A stretch of 64,000 bases of DNA from Selaginella moellendorffii. Lineage: Eukaryota; Plantae; Lycopodiophyta. The stretch is taken from positions 2,613,710 to 2,677,709 of the forward strand of contig NW_003314264.1 of assembly GCF_000143415.4 (NCBI RefSeq), in the 5' to 3' direction. Shown here piece by piece: positions 56,648 to 64,000 of this stretch. The notes under the pieces were generated by a model. That model was not told where the DNA came from. It saw only the letters and a program-made list of their open reading frames with translations, and did no database searches. The translations under genes were made by a program, and so were the position numbers. Position 1 is the stretch's first letter. The number at the start of each line of letters is the position of its first letter.

Positions 56648-59174
56648 CTACTTTGCGAAGCTATACGGTGCCAGTTTGCTCGGGGATAGCTTAGCGGGCG
56701 ACACTGTACCTGATTGTGGTGGCTGGGGGAACGCAAACGCTGGGATCCCAGTCACGATGACTTCCTGCGATGGAAGCTGGTAACTTATCTCCAGATCTTC
56801 CAGCTGCTGCTTCATGTAGAGCAGCATATTGCTCCGGCGCTTGAATCGCTCGCCGGCCTCCTGGTTTGATCCAAAAGAGAAAAGAGAGAAGGGCTATCGA
56901 TCCCTGGAGAATGGAATGGAGAGACTTACGTGATAGTTGAGGTGGTGCTGGAAGTAGTATCCCATCTTCATCTTGTTGCAATCGTCAATGTCCTTACACA
57001 TGAGGCCGAAGTCCGGGTACCAAAACTGCGGCTGGCTGTCCACGTATCTCTGCATTCTCTCCTTGAGCGCGCCCAGCTTCTCCAGCGGCGTGTTCATGTG
57101 TATTTGGAACTCGATTCCGTCCCACTGGTCGGGGCTCCTGTAGTAGTTTGTGATATACTTGGTCCCCAGGATGACGTTCGGGTAGTATATTTTCTCGTTC
57201 GTAGGACTGCGGCGGAAGGAAAATGGTTTTAGTATCTAACCAGAAAAACGGTGGAGAGACTTACCCGAGGAAAACAGTGTTGAGGACGTTCATTTCCTGA
57301 AAGCAACCCAGAACCGTAAAACACTTTTCTACAACCAAGACTTTCTTTTTTTCTCTCTCTCTCATTTGCTTACCTCTACCAGCATCATCGTCCCGTCAAC
57401 GCTCACCCGGTCGCCAACGTCATACGGATGGAGAATAAAGAGGAAAAGAAGTGCCTCAAACGTCGTCCGTGCCGCATTGCCGAATATAAAAACGCAGGGA
57501 ATAAATATCGAGGAAAAGAAGACCAGCAACTTGGCGGTTTCAACACCCAGGATGAGGAGCGACACAATGATGAGACCGATGCCGAGTACCTACGGAGAAG
57601 AAACACGAGTCCATCAGCCGTGGCTAAAAGAAAAATCACTTTGACGCTTATCACCTTTGGATCTTAATTCTGTTGAAGCGAGAGAAATGTACCGCATTTA
57701 GAACTCTGTGAAGCTTGGCGACAACCGTTTTGTTGTCGTTCAAGGTCAGAGCAAGGGCCCGCCGCTCCTTGTAAACATTTACCACCCACTTCACGAAAGC
57801 CTTCTTGGTAATTGTCCCACTTTCAGTTGCCTCGAAGAGAGCAAAAGCTCGACTCGCTTTGTCCTCGGGCAAGAAGTATAAAAAATCCCTGAGCATCAGA
57901 TACTTCCTCCCTGGCCTGGCAATGTTATAGAAAATCTGTAGTCAAACAGAAAGTTCTGGTCACCAGTTAAAAAATCTTGGAAATAAAGTGTGATCACCTG
58001 CTTGGCCGCAGCTTTAGCTCGTACTTCACTGTCGATCTCCCACTCGCCTTCATTTTTGGCAAACTGTGCGGAGTAACTTGCGAGATTTTTCTTCCGGATA
58101 AGCTTCATTAGACTCTTTAATGTCCAGGCGGATACATTCTGCAAAGAAACGGTGGAGTTTAGTAACCAGCTTTGCGTTGATACATTTGAAATTACCTCGG
58201 AAGTCAGCTGTTGCAACTTATCTTGTTCGATGGGATTAGCGCTCCTCGCAATAATAGGAGCCTGGAGTCTGGGCGACCCTTCTCCAACAGTGGCTTCCTG
58301 ACCAGACGGAATCCTGGTCATCAGCCTGCGCATCTTGTTGGGCGACTGAGGATTATATCTGGAAGTTATTAACTCCTCTCCTCCAGTGGGATCGGCGGTG
58401 ATTTGCATTGTAGGTGGCGACGATAGTGTAGCCAGCAAGTACTGGTTGAACAAGCACTCCTGAATCCTCTCAAAGTATGCTGATCGGTGAAATCCATTGG
58501 CTGCCACTTTGACAGCCAAAACTTTGATCATCCAGGACAGGCAAATAGTAAAAATGCACCAGAGTATCTACAAAAGAAAAGAGTATCAACGTCACCCATC
58601 CAGTACGGTAGAAGTAAATTACCCTTGTGATCACGCGCAATGCTTTGGAGTCGCGCTCTATGAACACCGTTTCCCAGATCGTGATGACAAGTGCCAGCCA
58701 GATACAGTTTTTCACGGACTTTCGTAAGCCATAGACAAAGTAAAGTACACGTTTTCTGAGGAGAAAGCGTTTTTCTATTAGAAGCACGAACGCCTGTAAA
58801 CAAACACGGCTTTAGAACGATCGACATAGAGAGAAAGAAAACGATAAACGAACCTGTACAACCCATCCGGCAATCAACCTTCCAGAAAATATGACAAGAG
58901 CAACAGCCTGCCATCTCCAGATATTGTCACCCAACCAAGTGATATCCCTGACAACTTTGATGTTCACGGAGCATATCAGCAGCGTCACCAGGAGCACGAA
59001 GCAAACCCACTGGCAGACCACCCAAAAAAAACTCTCATCCTTCTTCAGCTTCTCCTTGTACTCTGGAATAATTGTATCCTCCAAAGGATCGTCATCGTCT
59101 GGGTTGGCTTGAAGGCTCGGCTGCTTCGCAAGCGGAGTGCTTGGCTGCTTAAAAGACCCGGGAGTCGTGGAGCC

Positions 59175-59210
<36 letters not shown>

Positions 59211-59975
59211 GTGGTGGTGATCCGGAAGAGGAGCCGCGTGAGCCTCGGACGATGGAGTTAACGTTGTCGCAGCTCGCTTGAGATGGAGAGAGTCGGCGAT
59301 TTGGTCCTTGACGGCCGGAGTTATCGGCGGAGGCTCTTGAAGGCGTGCCTTGGTTTTGCTCAAAACAGTCCCGGCCAGCGGACTCGTCAAGAGGTTGTTC
59401 ACCTCCTGATCAGCGGCCTCCTCTCCTTCACTCTCATCTTCGCTCTCTTCAGCATTCCTTGACGGTACTTTCTCCAAGATGGTGGGATGCGGAGAAGATG
59501 GTAACTTTAGATCGGAGATCTCCGGCCTCTTGAAAGCCGCAGTACTAGTCCTCGTATCTGCCCCAGACAACTCAGCTTCCTCCCTGATGGTGGCGGCGCT
59601 GGTGCTCGTTTTCTCATCATCCTCCCGGTAGACACCACTAGAGCTTGCCAAAGTCTCTCCTCCCTCGGCATTCCTGCCAGAATCCTCCACCTGGCTCTCT
59701 ACATCACTGCTGGGAAGCGAGGAAGACGTCGAGGGCTGCTGCTCGTGCTCGCTGGAGACAATCCGAACGACCGGAATTTCCCGGCCAAAGGACGGAATGC
59801 TGCCCAAGCGCTGCACCACAATCCTGCTACCGTCCCGGACCTCAACATCCTTCCTAGCAATTGTCTCACCTTCCAGCGGCTCCTCGATGAGCGTCTCCGG
59901 GGCTCCAATGTCCTCGGTCCCGACATCCTCGCCCAATCCGGCCTCCTCATCGCGATCCCGGTGGTGGTGGTACAT
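56648..59975 (-). CDS. MSL: Mechanosensitive channel of small conductance-like protein (MSL4-10 type), multi-exon
   Basis: KRVLYFVYGLRKSV, AYFERIQECLFNQY, VSAWTLK, ERRALALTLNDNKTVVAKLH, FILHPYDVGDRVSVDG, ISYQLPSQEV. Confidence 0.93.
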
Positions 59976-60293
59976 TGCTCCAGCTACGGCAGCTCCGGAA
60001 TCCTCATGCTCATGCTCGATCGATCATCGCCGCACGGCTGGCGCCCAGCGAGCCCTAAACCTAACTGCGATGGCGCGCGCAGGAATCAAACTTTATTCCT
60101 TATATCTTCCGGGAGGGAAGGGACTCGAACCCCTTGACAAAGTAGGGTTTTTGGTTAGAGAGATTCTAGGGATGGTGTGCGCCTTGCGCCCCGGCTCAAG
60201 ATCCAGCTCCGCGACGGTAAGTCCTCGCAATGCCCGTTACGACGATGTGAAATTCTTGCATTGCTAGCACTGGATCTTTTCATTCTACCTGTT

Positions 60294-60572
60294 GTTCCAA
60301 AGAGTTTGTGAAGCTTTTAGTTTCTCGAGCTCACTCTTCTAAAACCTGAGATGCTTGGAAGAATGCAGCGTCATCGTTCCAAAGAGTTTTGTGAAACTTT
60401 TAGCTTCTCAAGCTCACTCTTCTACAACTTGAGATAAGAGTTATGTGAAACTTTTGAGATGCTTGGAAGAATGCAGCGTGATGAATGCTTTCGTTCCAAA
60501 GAGTTTTGTGAACCTTTTACTTTCTCGAGCTCACGCTTCTAAAACTTGAGATGCTTGGAAGAATGCAGCGTG
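60294..60572 (+). repeat. About 80-bp tandem repeat, roughly 3.5 copies, ending just before the BTB start codon
   Basis: The unit gttccaaagagttttgtgaa..gagctcactcttctaaaacttgagatgcttggaagaatgcagcgt starts at 60294, 60376 and 60493. Confidence 0.9.
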
Positions 60573-60575
60573 AGC

Positions 60576-61500
60576 ATGGATTTGGCGGACGGCCTGGGCG
60601 GTGAGGTCATCCCTTGTGCGGCCGACGAGGAGGTGTCCGTGTGCTACCAGTGCGGGCAGCTCTGTGAGAACAACTTCACATACTGCCACTCGTGCTTCGA
60701 GCAGCGCTCGCAGAGCGATTTTCGCAATGAGCAGCGCTGGAGGAACACGGAGAGCAGCCTCCAGAGTGCCGAGCTAGTCCTCCAGCGGGAGCGAGCCAAC
60801 ATCCGGCGGCTCGAGGCCACGGTCTCGGCTTTCCGAGCGATGCTACTCCAGGCCATTCATCCCGACGTGACCATCGAAACTGGCGATGGTGATACCACTC
60901 CGGCACACCGAGCAGTCCTGGTATGCTTTCCGTATCTCTTAAGTTGCCCTTGCACACAGGAGTTTTTCTTTGTGTTCTTCGTTCTCTCCAGGCGAGTCGA
61001 TCCCCGGTTTTCAATGCCATGTTTGAGCACGAGCTCAAAGAGAAGACTTGTGCTGTTATCCGCGTCGCTGATGTTCCCACGCCAGCCATGCGCGCTTTGC
61101 TTCTCTACTTGTACACAGGTGAAATTCGATCAACCTCTCTCGCTGTCTCCCTTTTATTTTCCTTGAGCTCGATCTCCTCGCTACTTCTCCAGGGGAGCAT
61201 GACACCAAAGTTATGAAGGATCACGGGATGGCCTTGTTGGCCGCGGCTCACAAGTACGACATCCCGGACCTCAAGAAGATCTGCGAGACGGCCGTCTCGG
61301 TTCATGCTTCCAACGCGCTCGAGGTGCTGCAAAACGCGCGGCTCTACGATGCCAACCATTTGAAGCGCGTGTGCATCGAGTGCATTGCCAGGAACATCAA
61401 GCAGCTCGCGTTTGCGGACGAGTTCCGGCAGCTCGTGTTCAAGAACGAAGATCCAGAGGCCGTCTTGGATATCATCCAGACACTTGCACATTCGTGCTGA
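60576..61500 (+). CDS. BTB/POZ protein with N-terminal CxxC...CxxC and coiled coil (At3g56230/At4g08455-like), 3 coding exons
   Basis: CYQC..CHSC, PAHRAVL|ASRSPVFNAMF, LLYLYTG, LLAAAHKYDIPDLKKICE. Confidence 0.88.
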
Positions 61501-61949
61501 AAGAAAAACGATCCTGGAAGTTCTGGAGTAATTCTAGTGTTAGTCAACTAGAAGTAGAAGCATCAAGCTGTGATGTAGCAGCCATAGAAGTGCCAATTCC
61601 AAATGATTGTGGGCAACCCTAAACTCTATGTGGCATAGCCAATATCATCCTTCATCACCATTGGACGAAGCTAAAAGTAAGTAGATTTCTTTTATCCTAA
61701 GTGCAATGTGATTGTCTCAAACTCATGAACCAATGCATGTCTCTTTAATCCATGGCTTTCACCCACAATGAGCCTCTCTCTGGCCTGAGATTAGTCTCCC
61801 CTTTTTATCGCTTTATATATATAGAATATAGATTAGAATACTAAGATTTAAGAAAATTAATAAACTCAGAAAAAATTAAAATAGAATATATACTTTTTAT
61901 AAATATTAGATGCAAAGTATAAGCAAAGGATATGAATATATTTTTATGT

Positions 61950-61990
<41 letters not shown>
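61950..61990. repeat. (AT)n(GT)n compound microsatellite
   Basis: Read directly from the sequence. Confidence 0.9.
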
Positions 61991-62699
61991 TTATGAATAA
62001 ATATGTAACACTAAGGTTTAAGAACATTAATATTACTCAGAGCCAGAGAAATGGCTCCTGGGTGTGCTGGAGGGTTTTGGATTGGAATTGGTTCCACCAG
62101 ATGAGGCCTTGGCCATCAATGGTGCCATTGTTTCCTGGAAAAATCAAGTGTTTTTCAATTGATCACTAAGCATTTATAGATACCCAATTGCAACATTGGT
62201 GATTGATGCAAGCTTGTGTATCTCTTCCTTGGAAGCTCTCTTCCTCACCTATACAATGGCAATGGATCAAGCACAGGCCAATCTTAAGGATCCTAGCGAA
62301 GAAATCCAGGAAAAAATCATTTTTTATTTTCCGTGCTAGAACTCTTCTTACCTTGGAGGTGAGGATTGTGGCATCCTGTTGTAAGAAGAAAATCATGTGG
62401 CTCATGAGATTGAAGCATCTGGTGAGCTGATCATCATGCCTCCCAGCTCGCCAAAGCTGCCAATGTGATCAATTGCCTTCTGGAACACCTTGGTGTTAAG
62501 TGTGATCCCATTGCTCACCCCCCTACATTTCAAAGGAGTCACGAACATCATTAGAATGCCTATTTCAAACTATTGCTATAAGTGTTTCCTAGAGAGAAAG
62601 AAGAAAAGAAAAATGAATTCCTCAAAGACTATCTAAAGCGAAAGAAAAGGCATCAAAAACCAATATGGTATGCATCCCAGGCAATCATAAGCAATTCTT

Positions 62700-64000
62700 A
62701 TGTGGCAAGTATTAGAGCTTTAAGTGAGAACTTATAATGGCAGCACTTTGCCTTGAATTTACACTTGCTTTCTTCTTAATAGTTATACTTGATGTAGCGC
62801 ATGTGGTTTTTCCCCTTTATCCTATGGTGATTTACTATAGGATAACACCACGAAGTGGAACCGAAACCCTCTATGTGCCTAAGGTGGCATTCTCCATTCA
62901 TAACCATGTTACATAAGGACCACAGCAAGAAACAACTTCATATGTGGAACCCAAGGTTCAGGGCCTTGGGCCACTAAACGAAGGAATGGTGCCAAACTCC
63001 CAAGCATGGAGCCAATGAGTGATGGAACTGAATCACGGAGCAACTCTCGAGCATACAGCCCAAGGAGTGAAGGGATAGGAGCCCAGAGCGACTTGGAACA
63101 GTCCTAGAGAAACCAACATCCCTTTGCCAAGACTAGCATGCAAAACGGAGTCAAACAGAATCTGGTACTATTTCGGCATACCGGTGGCCTAACGCAAGGA
63201 CATGGGTACTCCACCAGCTAGCATGGAATGGAACTTGGGCTTAGACCCAAGCTAAACGTAGAACAAGGACAGGCACGCAAGTGGGAGCTAAACTATGCCT
63301 CAAGTTAGTTGGCTATGCTCAACCTACCCACTATCCCTACTATACATTTGAAACCCCCCCCACCCCCCCCCCTTGAGGAACACACGCTTTGGGCTTTCAC
63401 CCCAAGCCTCCTTTAGTATCAAGAGTTAGTTTCTAGGACAAGCTCGAAACTTACTAAATATGGAATCCGTCGATATGCTAAATGAGCAAATCTATACACT
63501 TTCCATAAATAGCATTTAGGACCAAAATGAGACTAACACAAAAGGCATGATAGTGAGGGTGTTTTGCAGACATGGTAAGCTATTATTTAGTGAATATTGA
63601 GGGACCAATCTCAATATTGCAGGGGTTCTTGATACTAGCAAGTGCAAGCCAATGACAGGAGTTTCTCAATCTAGGCCAAGTATGCTCGGCAAAAAACACA
63701 TAGGGTTCCTACCTTATGTTTATCCGATTTAAGTGCATGGTCATTGACTAGTTTCTCAACTAGCTCAAGTGGGAACTAATAATGGGCCCAGCAATACCGA
63801 CCTCTTGCCGTCATGGCAGTAAGGAAAGAATATCCGAAAGGATTAGCCGACAGGTAACTTTCGATACCCGAAGTCACATTCGCGACACTCTCCCCCCCTA
63901 GGGAAGATCAACGTCTTCGTCGATGCATACTCCAGTCTAGAATACCGCCAAGGAAACAACTCCAGAAAAAGTTCACGGTATTCACACTATATGAGAAATG
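62700..64000 (-). mobile_element. LTR retrotransposon remnants (Gypsy-like 3' end: polypurine tract followed by LTR start at 63887)
   Basis: The minus strand reads ...gacgaagacgttgatcttccctAGGGGGGGAGAG-TGTCGCG, a PPT abutting a TG. There is a second G-tract at 63354-63375. Confidence 0.55.

Noticed and set aside
60294-60572. CRISPR array or C/D snoRNA cluster
   Set aside because: The context is eukaryotic and there are no unique spacers. The single GTGATGA is not followed by a CTGA box in the same unit.
62030-62510. Possible LINE coding remnant
   Set aside because: Coding-like composition, but stops in all frames and no motif I could identify.

Overview
Eukaryotic plant nuclear DNA. The 44-80 nt introns, very high gene density and intronless PPR genes built from 31-aa SS-type repeats best fit a lycophyte such as Selaginella (inference). 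A gene-dense block (about 4.6-61.5 kb) lies between two decayed retroelement tracts (1-4.4 kb and 61.6-64 kb). Genes in order: BTB/POZ (At1g63850-like), MED15, SAM-methyltransferase, HOZ, Raf-like C7 kinase, two PPRs, F-box, PPR plus decayed tandem copy, a secreted Cys-rich 3D/MltA-like protein, fibrillin FBN5, PPR, UTP10/HEATR1 plus decayed tandem copy, tRNA-Ser(AGA), BSH/SNF5, an unidentified spliced locus, a BEL1-like homeobox gene with about 7.8 kb of upstream non-coding DNA, VAMP71, an MscS-like channel and a second BTB gene. The leading findings are: (1) an intronless secreted 3D-domain protein that looks non-plant (candidate horizontal transfer, possible peptidoglycan hydrolase); (2) operon-like packing, with 25-32 nt stop-to-ATG gaps and a 14-nt ATG-to-ATG gap; (3) LTR-like repeats carrying the 5S rRNA internal promoter (Cassandra-like); (4) four PPRs with no transit peptide, all truncated at the start of E2; (5) a 47-nt U12-type intron. 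Exon boundaries and homologies were assigned by eye and from memory of the families, without database searches.
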